DNA of 64,000 nt from a bacterium (GTDB lineage Bacteria > SZUA-182 > DTGQ01 > JAFGSM01). The position numbers were made by a program, and so were the translations under genes. The DNA is taken from NCBI GenBank assembly GCA_049472335.1, contig JBLIRO010000020.1:1-64000 (forward strand). Direction: 5' to 3'. This document shows positions 14,325-25,155 of the stretch, in pieces (the first letter of the stretch is position 1; each line of letters starts with the position of its first letter). The notes under the pieces are model-generated. The model was given only the letters and a program-made list of their open reading frames with translations. It was not told where the DNA came from and searched no databases.

Positions 14325-14849
14325 TTAAGTTTTGGGTTTCAAAACAAAGGTCTTATCCTTGATCCATTTTTCAATGATATCCTCTTGTCCCTGAGAATTG
14401 GACAGAATGCTTACTTGTGTATTATTTTCCCTTGCGCCTTCTTTTATTCCGGCAAAAAGCTCATCTAGGGTATCGAAAACATCGAGATGGGATAAAAAGA
14501 GGTCATGAGGATAGAGACCAAAATGTGAAACCTTTAAGCCATTTAAGACATTTGTTGTGTACAAACCGATCTTCTTGACCATTTTCGGCTTTAAACTTTC
14601 GGGGCTCCCTGCTCCGATAATAAGTATAAATCGAGCTTTGATTTTATTACCTGCTGCAATGAGCAGCGATTCACAAAATTCACCTTTTACCTTATTTTTG
14701 ATCATAAGGTCGGAGATTTGACCATCCATAATCCAGTCTACATATCCCGCTATCCCCTTAGGCGGTCTACTGTTGGAAAAGATATAACAAACCAGAACTT
14801 CTCCGGAATAGGTATTTGCAGGTTTATGTGTGATTAGGGTTACCGGCAT
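14325..14849 (-). CDS. Standalone leucyl-aminopeptidase (M17) N-terminal-domain-like protein
   Basis: [32 protein letters not shown] pattern; no catalytic M17 domain. Confidence 0.6.
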   Translation of the reverse strand: MPVTLITHKPANTYSGEVLVCYIFSNSRPPKGIAGYVDWIMDGQISDLMIKNKVKGEFCESLLIAAGNKIKARFILIIGAGSPESLKPKMVKKIGLYTTNVLNGLKVSHFGLYPHDLFLSHLDVFDTLDELFAGIKEGARENNTQVSILSNSQGQEDIIEKWIKDKTFVLKPKT

Positions 14850-15282
14850 GATCTTCCTTGGTTTCTATATCTTTTTCGATATTCATTTCCTTACAGATTC
14901 GATCCAGGATCCCATTAATAAACCTGGCGGAGTCCTCGGTTCCATAGGTTTTGGCTAGTTCTATTGCTTCGTTTATTGTAACCTTTGGCGGGATTTCTTT
15001 AAAATAGAGGAGCTCATATATGGAGCTCCGAAGAAGGTTTCGATCTACAACAGCCATACGGTTTATATCCCAATGCCTGGTGTATTTTTTAATCAGTGCA
15101 TCGATCTCCTCCAGATGTTCCCTTGTACCACGCACAAGAAGATTGGTGAACTTTATTGTCTCAGGGTCAGCAGGCGTAATTTCCCAGAACAGGTTTATCC
15201 CGTCTTCCCAATTATCGTGATTAATGTCCTGTTGGAAAAGGACCTGAAGTGCAAACTCCCTTGCCCTTCGTCTCTTTCCCAT
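14824..15282 (-). CDS. nusB: Transcription antitermination factor NusB
   Basis: [35 protein letters not shown]. Confidence 0.98.
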   Translation of the reverse strand: MGKRRRAREFALQVLFQQDINHDNWEDGINLFWEITPADPETIKFTNLLVRGTREHLEEIDALIKKYTRHWDINRMAVVDRNLLRSSIYELLYFKEIPPKVTINEAIELAKTYGTEDSARFINGILDRICKEMNIEKDIETKEDHAGNPNHT

Positions 15283-15300
15283 ATCATACGAAAGCCCTGT

Positions 15301-15777
15301 TCAGGACTCCCCTCCTATTTTTCGGTATAGATCCACCATTTCCATGGCCGCCATTGCAGCATCCCAGCCCTTATTCCCGGCCTTTGTTCCTGCTCTTTCA
15401 ACGGCTTGTTCGATGTTTTCTGTCGTTATAATCCCATATATAATAGGAATATTAGTGTCCAAAGCTATTTTGGCAATACCCTTGGTTACCTCTGCGCTGA
15501 TATATTCAAAATGAGGTGTTTCACCCCGAATAACGGCCCCCAAGCATATAATAGTATCATATGCTTTCTGGCGAGCCATTTTTGCAGCCGCATAAGGAAT
15601 TTCAAATGCACCGGGCACTTTGACTATTTGTATGTCTTTGTCTTCAGCCCCGTGACGTGTCAGGGCATCCAGTGCTCCGGCAAGAAGTTTATGAGTTATA
15701 AAGTCATTAAAACGGCTAACAACTATCCCTATTCGAATTCCGTGGGCCTTAAAATCTCCTTGAATAATATCAGGCAT
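15301..15777 (-). CDS. ribH: 6,7-dimethyl-8-ribityllumazine synthase
   Basis: [34 protein letters not shown]. Confidence 0.98.
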   Translation of the reverse strand: MPDIIQGDFKAHGIRIGIVVSRFNDFITHKLLAGALDALTRHGAEDKDIQIVKVPGAFEIPYAAAKMARQKAYDTIICLGAVIRGETPHFEYISAEVTKGIAKIALDTNIPIIYGIITTENIEQAVERAGTKAGNKGWDAAMAAMEMVDLYRKIGGES

Positions 15778-15813
15778 ATTTCCTTTCCTCCTGTATGTTA
15801 AATTTATTCCAAG

Positions 15814-17013
15814 TTATATGGTTAAGAGATGGCCCATTTTCTCTTTTTTGGTTTTTAGATATTGAATATTTGTGTTCGATGGAGGAATAAGAATAGGTAT
15901 CCTCTCAACGACCTCCATACCATAACCTTCCAGGCCTACAATCTTTTTTGGATTATTGGTTAAAAGCCGAATTTTTCTTACACCCAGATCAGCCAGGATC
16001 TGAGCCCCAATTCCATATTCACGGAGGTCCGCATCAAAACCCAGGGCCTCATTGGCTTCTACAGTGTCCTTACCCTTGTCCTGTAATTCATAAGCCATTA
16101 ATTTATGAAGAATTCCAATGCCCCGGCCTTCCTGATTCATATATAGGATTACACCCTTATTAGCTTTATGGACCATAACCATTGCTTGATGGAGTTGCTC
16201 TCCGCAGTCGCATCTTACCGATCCCAGAGCGTCACCGGTCAGACAAGAGGAATGAACACGGACAAGCACAGGCTCATCTCTTTTCCATTCTCCCTTTACC
16301 ATAGCGACATGTGTTTCATTGTCGATTTCGCTATGATAGGCAATCGCTCTGAAAACCCCGTATTTAGTAGGAAAAGAAAAGGCAGCCTTTTTTGATATGA
16401 GTTTTTCCGTTTTCATCCTGTATTTTATAAGATCTTTAATCGTGATTATCTTAAGCTGGTGGGACTTCGCGAAGGGTATGAGATCCGGTACGCGTGCCAT
16501 AGTACCATCATCTTTCATGATCTCGCATATGACACCGGCAGGATAAAGACCGGCCATCCTGGCGAGATCCACGGCAGCTTCAGTCTGACCCGCCCTGTTT
16601 AAAACCCCGCCTTTCTTGGCCCTCAATGGAAAGATATGTCCCGGACGGGCAAGATCTTCGGGTTTTGTTTCAGGATCTATTGCGGTTTTGATTGTAATGG
16701 CCCTGTCCGCAGCGGAAATTCCGGTCGTGGTTCCTTTGATCGCATCTATAGAGACAGTGAAAGCAGTTTCGAAACGAGAAGTGTTTTCTGGTACCATTAG
16801 GGGAAGCTGTAGTTCATCCAGTCTTTCCCCTTCCATAGGGAGACATATCAGACCTTTTCCATGCTTGGCCATAAAGTTTATGGAATCAGGGGTTACCATA
16901 CTTGCAGCTATGGTAAGATCTCCTTCATTTTCTCTGTCTTCGTCATCGACAACTATAACCATCCCCCCGTTACGAATTGCCTCAATAGCTTCAGGAATAG
17001 AATCAAATTTCAT
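15814..17013 (-). CDS. ribBA: Bifunctional DHBP synthase / GTP cyclohydrolase II
   Basis: [47 protein letters not shown]. Confidence 0.98.
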   Translation of the reverse strand: MKFDSIPEAIEAIRNGGMVIVVDDEDRENEGDLTIAASMVTPDSINFMAKHGKGLICLPMEGERLDELQLPLMVPENTSRFETAFTVSIDAIKGTTTGISAADRAITIKTAIDPETKPEDLARPGHIFPLRAKKGGVLNRAGQTEAAVDLARMAGLYPAGVICEIMKDDGTMARVPDLIPFAKSHQLKIITIKDLIKYRMKTEKLISKKAAFSFPTKYGVFRAIAYHSEIDNETHVAMVKGEWKRDEPVLVRVHSSCLTGDALGSVRCDCGEQLHQAMVMVHKANKGVILYMNQEGRGIGILHKLMAYELQDKGKDTVEANEALGFDADLREYGIGAQILADLGVRKIRLLTNNPKKIVGLEGYGMEVVERIPILIPPSNTNIQYLKTKKEKMGHLLTI

Positions 17014-17015
17014 TT

Positions 17016-17672
17016 TTAATCCTCAGATAAAAAGCCGGATAACTGGAGAGCTTCTTTTGTTAATATATTTGTTTTGGAGTCTTCAATGGAAGTTTTTCTT
17101 ATATATAATAACCGGCTGACATATTTAGCTATAATATCCGTTTCAATATTTACTTTATCACCTTTGTATCTTTTTTTAAGATTGGTATTTTCCCATGTAT
17201 GGGGAATAATAGTTATCCAAAGATATTGTTCATCCATGGAAGATACTGTCAAACTTATACCGTCAATAGCGATAGATCCTTTAGGGACTATATATGGTTT
17301 TATATTCTCAGATAGAGATAATTGTATCCACCCCTTCCTAATCTCTTTAATAATGCTAGTAGCATCTATATGGCCGGTCAGAAGATGGCCCCCTAATTCC
17401 TGGTTTAAATGAAGCGGATGTTCCAGATTTACAATATCTCCGGTTTTTAAATCATTTAGGTTTGTATTGTCTAGAGTTGTCTGACTGAGATAAAATGAGC
17501 CCCTTTCTTTCCCTGCTTTAGTTAATGTAAGACAAATCCCGTTTACGGCTATACTTTTGCCAATGGATAAAAGGTCTTCAGAAAAAGGTAGAGATAAAGT
17601 GAGAATTTTTCCATCATTATAAGGAATTAGTGAAATTACCTCACCAATCGCTTCTATTATGCCTGTAAACAT
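17016..17672 (-). CDS. ribE: Riboflavin synthase
   Basis: [43 protein letters not shown]. Confidence 0.97.
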   Translation of the reverse strand: MFTGIIEAIGEVISLIPYNDGKILTLSLPFSEDLLSIGKSIAVNGICLTLTKAGKERGSFYLSQTTLDNTNLNDLKTGDIVNLEHPLHLNQELGGHLLTGHIDATSIIKEIRKGWIQLSLSENIKPYIVPKGSIAIDGISLTVSSMDEQYLWITIIPHTWENTNLKKRYKGDKVNIETDIIAKYVSRLLYIRKTSIEDSKTNILTKEALQLSGFLSED

Positions 17673-17742
17673 GTCTTTTATATATTATAATATTTTTGAA
17701 AATTTTACAACCTGCACGACAATTAGATTGCCAAAATTAGAA

Positions 17743-18885
17743 TTACTGACAACCCATTGGAGACCATACACATGAGGGAGGTTTTTCTACATAACCCTCA
17801 ACCATAAGATCATTCCCGAGTCTTTCAATCCTGATATTACGGATTCTAGCGGCTTCCTCCAATTTAGCTATACCGTCACCCTGTATGGCACTCGGTGCAA
17901 TCTTGCCTCCAATTATTATTGGTGCTATAAACATTATTACCTTATCGACAATCCCTTCTTGAAATGCAGATGCATTTATTCCGGGCCCACCTTCTATGAG
18001 AAGGGATGTAATTTGCAGCTTTCCTAATTCTTCAGCCATAGCCTGCATGTCTACACGGTTTCTTCCCTTGGGTTTTACAAATAATACCTTGGCTCCGGAA
18101 GATTCTATTTTTTTAATCCTGTCTATTGGGGCGTTAATAGTAGTTATTATTATATTTCCAGCGTCTGATTCCTGGGTAAATATCCGCATTCTTATGGGTA
18201 TCCTTAAAAGACTATCAATAACAACCCTGATGGGATCTCTTCCTTTGCTGTTTTTCAGCCTTGTGGTCAATCTTGGATTGTCTCTTAAGATAGTTTCTAT
18301 CCCCACCAGTGTCGCGTCCATTTGGTTACGTAATTGATGAACATATTCCCTTGATACATCACTGGTTATCCATTTTGATTCACCGGTTTTTGTCGCGACC
18401 TTTCCGTCCAGACTCATGGCGCTCTTAAGAGTGATAAATGGTGTGCCGGTAGTGATATACTTGAAAAAAAACTCATTCAATTTTGATGCGGTTTTTTCGA
18501 GTATACCCAGTTTAACCTCAATTCCTTTATTTTTAAGAATCTCGATGCTTTTGCCATTCACAATTGGATTTGGGTCCTTAACAGATATGACTGCCTTGGT
18601 AATTCCCGCTTTTATTATCTCATCCACACACGGTGGCGTCTGGCCATGATGACAGCAAGGTTCGAGGTTAATGTAAATAGTCGCACCCTTAGCTTCTGAT
18701 CCTGCCTCTTCAAGGGCTTTCGTTTCCGCATGTTTATCTCCGTAACGGGCATGATAACCTTGACCCACAATATGATCTCCTTTTACTACCAGAGCGCCTA
18801 CAAGAGGGTTCGGGCTTACCCGTCCCCTGCCTTTCTCCGCGAGTTTTAAGGCCATTTTTATATATTTTTGATCTTGATTATCCAC
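17743..18885 (-). CDS. ribD: Bifunctional riboflavin deaminase/reductase
   Basis: PNPLVGA, HAE, LEPCCHHGQTPPC, SLDGK, LLIEGG; start overlaps the ftsY stop. Confidence 0.98.
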   Translation of the reverse strand: MDNQDQKYIKMALKLAEKGRGRVSPNPLVGALVVKGDHIVGQGYHARYGDKHAETKALEEAGSEAKGATIYINLEPCCHHGQTPPCVDEIIKAGITKAVISVKDPNPIVNGKSIEILKNKGIEVKLGILEKTASKLNEFFFKYITTGTPFITLKSAMSLDGKVATKTGESKWITSDVSREYVHQLRNQMDATLVGIETILRDNPRLTTRLKNSKGRDPIRVVIDSLLRIPIRMRIFTQESDAGNIIITTINAPIDRIKKIESSGAKVLFVKPKGRNRVDMQAMAEELGKLQITSLLIEGGPGINASAFQEGIVDKVIMFIAPIIIGGKIAPSAIQGDGIAKLEEAARIRNIRIERLGNDLMVEGYVEKPPSCVWSPMGCQ

Positions 18886-19849
18886 CTATAATATCCTCTG
18901 TATCTTTAAAAAGGGCTTCAATAAAAAACTGGGGATCGAATTCCTGCAGATCTTCAATTCCTTCGCCAATACCAATGAATTTGACAGGTATATCCAGTTC
19001 GTTGGCTATGCTTATTATAATCCCCCCTTTTGCCGTACCGTCAAGTTTAGTAAGGGCTATACCTGTCAGGCCAATTTTTTGATGAAATTCTCTTGCCTGC
19101 TGTATGGCATTTTGCCCTGTTGTGGCATCAAGAACCAGAATCACTTCGTGTGGGGCTTCGGGTAATTCTCTGCTTATCACCCTTTGCATTTTTTCCAGCT
19201 CGGACATCAGGTTTTTTTTGGTATGAAGACGTCCCGCAGTGTCTACGATAACAAAATCAAGCCCTCTTGCCTTTGCAGCTCGTATACCATCATAGACAAC
19301 CGCGGATGGATCAGCCCCGATCTGGTGTTTGATTATTTTTGCGCCTATTCTGTCGCTCCAGATCTGGAGCTGTTCAATAGCCGCAGCACGAAATGTATCG
19401 CTTGCCACCAGGAGGACCTGATGGCCTTTCTGCTGAAATTTATAAGCCAGCTTTGCAATAGTAGTGGTTTTTCCCACACCGTTAACCCCCAGAACCATCA
19501 TTACAAAGGGATTGTGTGAATTTGTTCTAAGGGGGGCCTGAGCCTTCTGGAGGATTTCAAGTATAACGAGTTTTAAAATTTCAATCGCCGGGGTGTTTTT
19601 TTGTTTTTCATATCTCTCTTTAAGTCGCTCAATGGTTAAGGTGCTTGTTTGAACACCACAGTCTGCCAATATCAGACTCTCTTCAAGTTTTTCAATAAGT
19701 TCTGTGTCCAGATTCGAACGGTTTCTGAGCAAGCCTTCAACGCGCCTTATAAGGCCATTATGCGTTTTGTTCAAGCCCATACTCAGTTTTTTAAACCAGG
19801 AATTTTTGTTTTCAGTGATCTCAGGATCTTTTATAAACTTCGCTGTCAT
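18878..19849 (-). CDS. ftsY: Signal recognition particle receptor FtsY
   Basis: GVNGVGKTTT, DTFRAAA, DTAGR, TKLDGTAKGG. Confidence 0.98.
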   Translation of the reverse strand: MTAKFIKDPEITENKNSWFKKLSMGLNKTHNGLIRRVEGLLRNRSNLDTELIEKLEESLILADCGVQTSTLTIERLKERYEKQKNTPAIEILKLVILEILQKAQAPLRTNSHNPFVMMVLGVNGVGKTTTIAKLAYKFQQKGHQVLLVASDTFRAAAIEQLQIWSDRIGAKIIKHQIGADPSAVVYDGIRAAKARGLDFVIVDTAGRLHTKKNLMSELEKMQRVISRELPEAPHEVILVLDATTGQNAIQQAREFHQKIGLTGIALTKLDGTAKGGIIISIANELDIPVKFIGIGEGIEDLQEFDPQFFIEALFKDTEDIIGG

Positions 19850-19894
19850 GGTTTATATATCCTTCAGATTTTACAAGAGACAAAGAATGCCTTT

Positions 19895-20701
19895 TTAATG
19901 TATATTTTGTAAATTTTTTAAAGATTCTTCAGCCCAGAAGCTCCCTGGTGATGCTTCAATAACGGATTTGAAAGCATTTTTAGCTGAAGATATATCTCCC
20001 AGTCCCAAATATGACTGGCCTAAAAAATATTCAATTTCTGCCCTAAGCAAAAGGTTTTCTGAAGAGGAATCTTTATCAAGATCTTTTGCCTCTTTAAGAC
20101 TCTTAATGGCACCTTGGAAATCTCCTAACCGAGAAAGAGCTTTTCCCAACTGTAAACGGGGTTCTATATAAGTAGGATTTTGTATCAATGACTTTTTAAG
20201 GAATTCAGCGGCTTCTTGAGGTTTTCCTAAATTTAAATAAGCGCAACCCATATTATAATATGCAAAACCCGGGGTGGAGTAACCGGGATTGTCCAGCGCC
20301 ACCTTGCAATATTGGATCACATCATCCCATCTGCCTAATTTGCAAAGCACAGCGGCCATATTATTATAATATTCGGGTTCGCTGGGATTTATCTCAATGG
20401 CCTTTTGGTAAGAACGAAGCGCGAGTGCGAATTTACCCTGAAAATAATAGGTCAATCCTAATCCAAAATAGGCACGATCATTATTGGGTGCAATTGTTTT
20501 AATCTTTTCAAATTCTTCCTGGGCCAGGGCAAAATCTCCACTTTCCAGGTAATGTGATCCGAATTTATAGTGCTGATCAATTTCTCTAAGCAGCTTTTCC
20601 CTTGATGCGCAACCTGATATAATCGTTAATAAGATTATCAGGATATATAAGAAATTAATACGATACCATTTTATCATGTCTTTAAACATTGATGTAAACA
20701 T
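19895..20701 (-). CDS. TPR lipoprotein, PilF/PilW-like (type IV pilus biogenesis)
   Basis: IISGC lipobox, TPR array, ALDNPGYSTPGFAYYNMG resembling the PilF/PilW motif; exact start uncertain. Confidence 0.65.
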   Translation of the reverse strand: MFTSMFKDMIKWYRINFLYILIILLTIISGCASREKLLREIDQHYKFGSHYLESGDFALAQEEFEKIKTIAPNNDRAYFGLGLTYYFQGKFALALRSYQKAIEINPSEPEYYNNMAAVLCKLGRWDDVIQYCKVALDNPGYSTPGFAYYNMGCAYLNLGKPQEAAEFLKKSLIQNPTYIEPRLQLGKALSRLGDFQGAIKSLKEAKDLDKDSSSENLLLRAEIEYFLGQSYLGLGDISSAKNAFKSVIEASPGSFWAEESLKNLQNIH

Positions 20702-20723
20702 AACTTCTTCACTTATTCCCCAG

Positions 20724-20861
20724 CGAAGCTCCGCCTCAAACAGACAAGATTAAAGACTGCTTTTCCGGCGGAGCTTCGTGATGCTAGATGCTGGATACTG
20801 GATAAATACCAATAAAAATATTCCTTAATTTGCTAGAATCCAGAAACTAGGAACCAGCATC
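20724..20861. repeat. Intergenic 12-bp inverted repeat plus inverted heptamer tracts
   Basis: CGAAGCTCCGCC (20724-35) / GGCGGAGCTTCG (20767-78); GATGCTA-GATGCTG-GATACTG (from 20780) and complementary-type CTAGAAT-CCAGAAA-CTAGGAA-CCAGCAT (20833-60). Confidence 0.65.
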
Positions 20862-20946
20862 GTTTCCATTTCGCACTAAAGTAATCGGTAAAAACTCGAG
20901 TCATTTGTTAAGTTTTTGGTCCATAAAGGACAACAAGAGCTGAAAT

Positions 20947-23799
20947 TTATTTCTCTTCCAATGCTATTTTAGTCATTTTTTCTAAAATTGTCTGTAGTTG
21001 TGATATTTGATTTCCATAATCGGCCCAATTCCCGGCTTTTTGGGATTGAATAGCCTTCTGGTATAGGTCGTTTGCCCGCATGATGAGGTCTGAGAGAGAT
21101 TCAGCATCTGACAAAGGCAAAGAAACGAAGGAGCCGGCTTTTTCTGAAACGGGACTTTCCGTAACTATGGCTTGCTCAAATTCTCCCTCTTTTAGAAAGA
21201 CGGCCTTTAGTGCCTCATCCAGGGTCTCTCTCATTTCTATAGTATCACCAAAGGCTACAATAACCCTTTTTAACTCCGGGAGCTCATCCTGACTCGCCAT
21301 AAGATAAACAGGCTCCACATAAATGAGGGACTTTTCAATTGGAATGACCAGCAGTTCCCCCCTGAACACTTCGGACCCCCTTTGACTCCACAAGGTAAGC
21401 TCACTGGATATTTCCGTTTGCTGATCAATTCTGGCCTCTATCTGTCTTGGTCCGTAAATCAATTTATCCTTAAGAAATTTATATATTAAGAGTTTTCCAT
21501 ATTCGTCACCGTCACACCTGGCACACATCCAAGCAATCATATTGTTTTTTTTGTCTCCAAAGGGCGTGAATGGAAGCATGACAAGAAATTCCTCACCAAT
21601 ATTTTCTTCCAATTTGAGGGTGACATAATATGGCTCCATCGGACGATTGTATTGAGAAGTTTCTCCCTGTCCTTCCACTTTTAGTGGAGGCTCCCAAAGG
21701 TCCTCTTTGTTATAAAAGACCTGGGGATCCTGCATATGGTAAGTTGCATACATAAAGGTCTGAATTTTGAATAAGTCTCTGGGATACCGGATATGTGAAC
21801 GCAAATAGGTTGGCATTTCATCAATGTCTTTAAACAAATCAGAAAAGATGCCGCGATATGTCTTGATGATCGGGTCCTGAGGATCACTTACATAGAAATC
21901 CATTCTGCCGCTATATGTGTCAATAATGATTTTTACAGAGTTACGGATATAATTGATCCTTCTTCCCATAAGTCTTGCTTGTGCTCTGAGCGCGCCAAAT
22001 GGAGATGAAGGATTCTGCGGACGTTCAAGATCAGGAGAGAAAAGATGAGGTTCTGAATAAGGATACTTATCAGTTACAGTATAGGCATCCTGTATCCAGA
22101 AAAGACGTCCGTCGGCAAGGACCAAATAAGGGTCACTGTCATATGTTAGAAAGGGAGCCAAAGTACGAACCCTGCTTTGTATATGACGGTAGAACATAAT
22201 ACGGCTTTCAGGTTTAGTGTACCCGGTCAGTAAGATTTTAGGATCCGAGAATCGAAAGGAAAACAAAATCTTTGCCCATAGAGACCCTATTGGGACCCCT
22301 CCTTCACCTGAATAATTAGTATATACGTTTTTATCCCCTTTAGGGTAATCAAATTCTCCGCTTTTATTATTAACAATGACATAATTAAAGGTATTCTCGC
22401 CATAATATATTTCAGGCCTTTTTATTTCCAGGCCATCATAAGATACAGGGGGTATATCCCTGATCATAAGCAAAGGGAGCCCCTTTTCCGTTATATGATT
22501 TACAGGGCTAAGGCAGAGACCATAACCATGTGTATATTTAAGTTTCTGGTTCTCAAATGTCTTGGCCTCGCCCGGAAGAAGCTCCTGAACCATCTCTCTG
22601 GCTGAGATCATGACTTGTGTATAGTTGTCATCTAAACTGTACCTGTCTTCATCAATATTTGTAAATTTATAATACTGTCTCAGTTCCTGCATCTGTGCGT
22701 AAGTCTGTTTAAGTGGCTTTTTGTCCCACAGCTTTATATTGTTAATAGTAGGCATATTCGCAATGATATCCTGAAAGGTAAGATCTTCAGATGCGACAAA
22801 GTCCAATTCCACTGCCTTGTCTAGATTATATCCCTGAAGCGTATACTCGATATTGTATTTAATATAAGGGGTCTCTTTTGTCAATTCGTTTGGTTCTACA
22901 ATAAATTTCTGGATAATGAAAGGATAGAAACCACTTATCAGGACAGTGACAACCAGCATTACTGCTATGCCGATTACAGGCAGTTTCCATCCCCTTGAGG
23001 ATATATTTATCCAAAACAGGATAGCACAAGCAGCGGCTATTACCAGTATTGCCCAGTATGCCACCATTTGTGCGTTCATATCTGTGTAGCTGGCACCAAA
23101 GGCCACACCTCTTGGTGAGTATAGAAGGCCAAACATTTTTAATCTCTTGTCCCAGGCTATCAATATAAGGATTATGGCACAAAGGGTTGAAAGATGCGCC
23201 TTGGCACGTCTCTCAAAACGAAAATCCCCTAATTTCAGATGTATTGCACGGTCTTTGAGGTAAACAAAGCCACAAGCCAGCAATGTTATGACAGTAGAAT
23301 AAAAAAACCACTTTTGTAACAGCTTAAGGATTGGAAATGAAAAGACGAAGAAACCTATATCTTTTTTAAAGATTGGATCTAATTGGCCAAAAGGAACCCG
23401 ATGAATGAATTTAAGTATAGGGTCCCAATAATTGAAGGCCGGCCAGGCTCCCATAATTATTGCCAGGAAAAAACAAATCAGAAAAATAAATCGATTAATC
23501 TGTTTGGGCTCAAACTCCATTACATGTACCACATCTTGTTTGCGGATAGGAATCTTCCAGTTAAGCTTGTTTGGTTTAATGAATCTGGCGATAGCAATGT
23601 TTATAAAGAAGATGACCAGAAAGGCGATAGCAAAGATAACCCATATAAGGATTTTTGCTGTAAGCATGGTCCAGAATACAGAGCTGTACTGAATAGCTTT
23701 AAACCATAAAAAGTCGGTATATACAGTGAAAAACTGTCCGGAAAAAACAAAAATAAGCACCAGCAATGTTATAACTATGAAAAGTTTGTTTCGATTCAT
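20947..23799 (-). CDS. UPF0182 family membrane protein
   Basis: TDFLWF, DPIFKKDIGFFVF, GASYTD, YTHGYG, PEIYYGE, DSDPY, NYIRNSVK, IYVEPVY; likely start at ATG 23799 after GGAAGGAG. Confidence 0.93.
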   Translation of the reverse strand: MNRNKLFIVITLLVLIFVFSGQFFTVYTDFLWFKAIQYSSVFWTMLTAKILIWVIFAIAFLVIFFINIAIARFIKPNKLNWKIPIRKQDVVHVMEFEPKQINRFIFLICFFLAIIMGAWPAFNYWDPILKFIHRVPFGQLDPIFKKDIGFFVFSFPILKLLQKWFFYSTVITLLACGFVYLKDRAIHLKLGDFRFERRAKAHLSTLCAIILILIAWDKRLKMFGLLYSPRGVAFGASYTDMNAQMVAYWAILVIAAACAILFWINISSRGWKLPVIGIAVMLVVTVLISGFYPFIIQKFIVEPNELTKETPYIKYNIEYTLQGYNLDKAVELDFVASEDLTFQDIIANMPTINNIKLWDKKPLKQTYAQMQELRQYYKFTNIDEDRYSLDDNYTQVMISAREMVQELLPGEAKTFENQKLKYTHGYGLCLSPVNHITEKGLPLLMIRDIPPVSYDGLEIKRPEIYYGENTFNYVIVNNKSGEFDYPKGDKNVYTNYSGEGGVPIGSLWAKILFSFRFSDPKILLTGYTKPESRIMFYRHIQSRVRTLAPFLTYDSDPYLVLADGRLFWIQDAYTVTDKYPYSEPHLFSPDLERPQNPSSPFGALRAQARLMGRRINYIRNSVKIIIDTYSGRMDFYVSDPQDPIIKTYRGIFSDLFKDIDEMPTYLRSHIRYPRDLFKIQTFMYATYHMQDPQVFYNKEDLWEPPLKVEGQGETSQYNRPMEPYYVTLKLEENIGEEFLVMLPFTPFGDKKNNMIAWMCARCDGDEYGKLLIYKFLKDKLIYGPRQIEARIDQQTEISSELTLWSQRGSEVFRGELLVIPIEKSLIYVEPVYLMASQDELPELKRVIVAFGDTIEMRETLDEALKAVFLKEGEFEQAIVTESPVSEKAGSFVSLPLSDAESLSDLIMRANDLYQKAIQSQKAGNWADYGNQISQLQTILEKMTKIALEEK

Positions 23800-24151
23800 C
23801 AATTTTTTTCTCCTTCCGGTCAAAGTTTTAAAATTCGATAAAAACAATCTATTTCTGATCAAACAGTTTCTTAGTTATTTCTTTATTATATAGAGAAGGG
23901 AGATTAATGAAAAGGGAAAATTTATGATATTTTATTTATTGTCGAATGTCAAGATCTGGCCCAAACCTCCAAGGCCCTGTCAATATCAAATTATTTTGGA
24001 TTGATTTCAATAAATTGAATAGAGAAAAAATGAGGAAAACGATGATTATGGTAATTAATTTGTTTATTATTTCGATTTGGCAAAAATCTAAATGAAGTTG
24101 TAATTTGTACGGATTTCGTATTTTTCTAGTCTAAAGAAAAGCCGATTATTA

Positions 24152-24775
24152 TTAAACACCCAGAGAGCTACAAATAATATTGGTATCACTGTTTTTTGAT
24201 CTTTCGTGCATTTCCGCTCCCTTATGGAGGAGCTCTCCGATCATTCTGGCATCAGTTGGATAAGAAGCGATTCCGATACTTAATGCCTTTTCGTTTTTGG
24301 GATTTTTATTGTCAGCCTCTGAATAAGCCAAAAGAATTTGTTCCTTTAAGCGCTCAGAGAGACAATTGGCTCCATCAATATTTGTTTCTGGCAGGATAAG
24401 AGCCAAGATACCATTTTTAATATGAGAAAGGATATCCGTATCTCTCATATTGGCCTTTATGAAATTTCCGAAACGGCGTAGTTTTTCGGATACATTCTCG
24501 ATGCCATTTTTTTTGAGCTCTTCGGTTAGTGAATCAACGCTTATGAGAACTATTGACAGGAATTGGGTATATCTTTTTGCCCTCTTCATTTCCTCGTCAA
24601 GCCTTATGTTAAGGTAACGATTATTATAAAGCTGCGTGGTGTCGTCAATGAAGATGCTGTCTTTGAGGTCTTTGTTTAAACGGGTGGCAGATTTGTAATC
24701 CTCCATCAAGTTGCGCAGCTTTTTCTTTAATTTAGAGTTTTCTTCTTGAAGTTGATCACGTTGGTCCATGTTCAT
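24152..24775 (-). CDS. Coiled-coil + degenerate GGDEF domain protein
   Basis: DDTTQLYNNRYL, RDTD I-site, GGDEF replaced by IKNGI, SIGIASYP. Confidence 0.85.
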   Translation of the reverse strand: MNMDQRDQLQEENSKLKKKLRNLMEDYKSATRLNKDLKDSIFIDDTTQLYNNRYLNIRLDEEMKRAKRYTQFLSIVLISVDSLTEELKKNGIENVSEKLRRFGNFIKANMRDTDILSHIKNGILALILPETNIDGANCLSERLKEQILLAYSEADNKNPKNEKALSIGIASYPTDARMIGELLHKGAEMHERSKNSDTNIICSSLGV

Positions 24776-24888
24776 TTCCCTTTATCCCCCCTATGCTAAA
24801 CCAATTAACCAAACAATTATTTTTTATAATACAACATAAAAAGTCTTATATATATAATAAACTTTTTAAGTTAGTTATTCACTAAAAC

Positions 24889-24904
24889 TGCAATATCTAT
24901 GCCA
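24889..24904 (-). promoter_or_regulatory. Sigma54 (-24/-12) promoter for the GGDEF-like gene
   Basis: Minus strand TGGCATAGATATTGCA = GG-N10-GC consensus, 114 bp upstream of the ATG. Confidence 0.75.
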
Positions 24905-25155
24905 ATTGATGTCTAACTATAAAAGGTATATGAAATTTCTTACAACCCCTTGTTTATAAGAAAATATCTGTCAATGAGATTTAAGTGAACACCATTTTGA
25001 GGTCCCCAGGAGCCCAAAATCTTAGAGTTTAAGAAAATGTTCTTATGTACGAAGATTCATATATATGCATCCGGTTTCATAAAACTGGAATAAAAATATA
25101 ACTCTTGAGTCATAAAAGATAAAAGAAACCAAAAATTAATATAATTAATATAATA

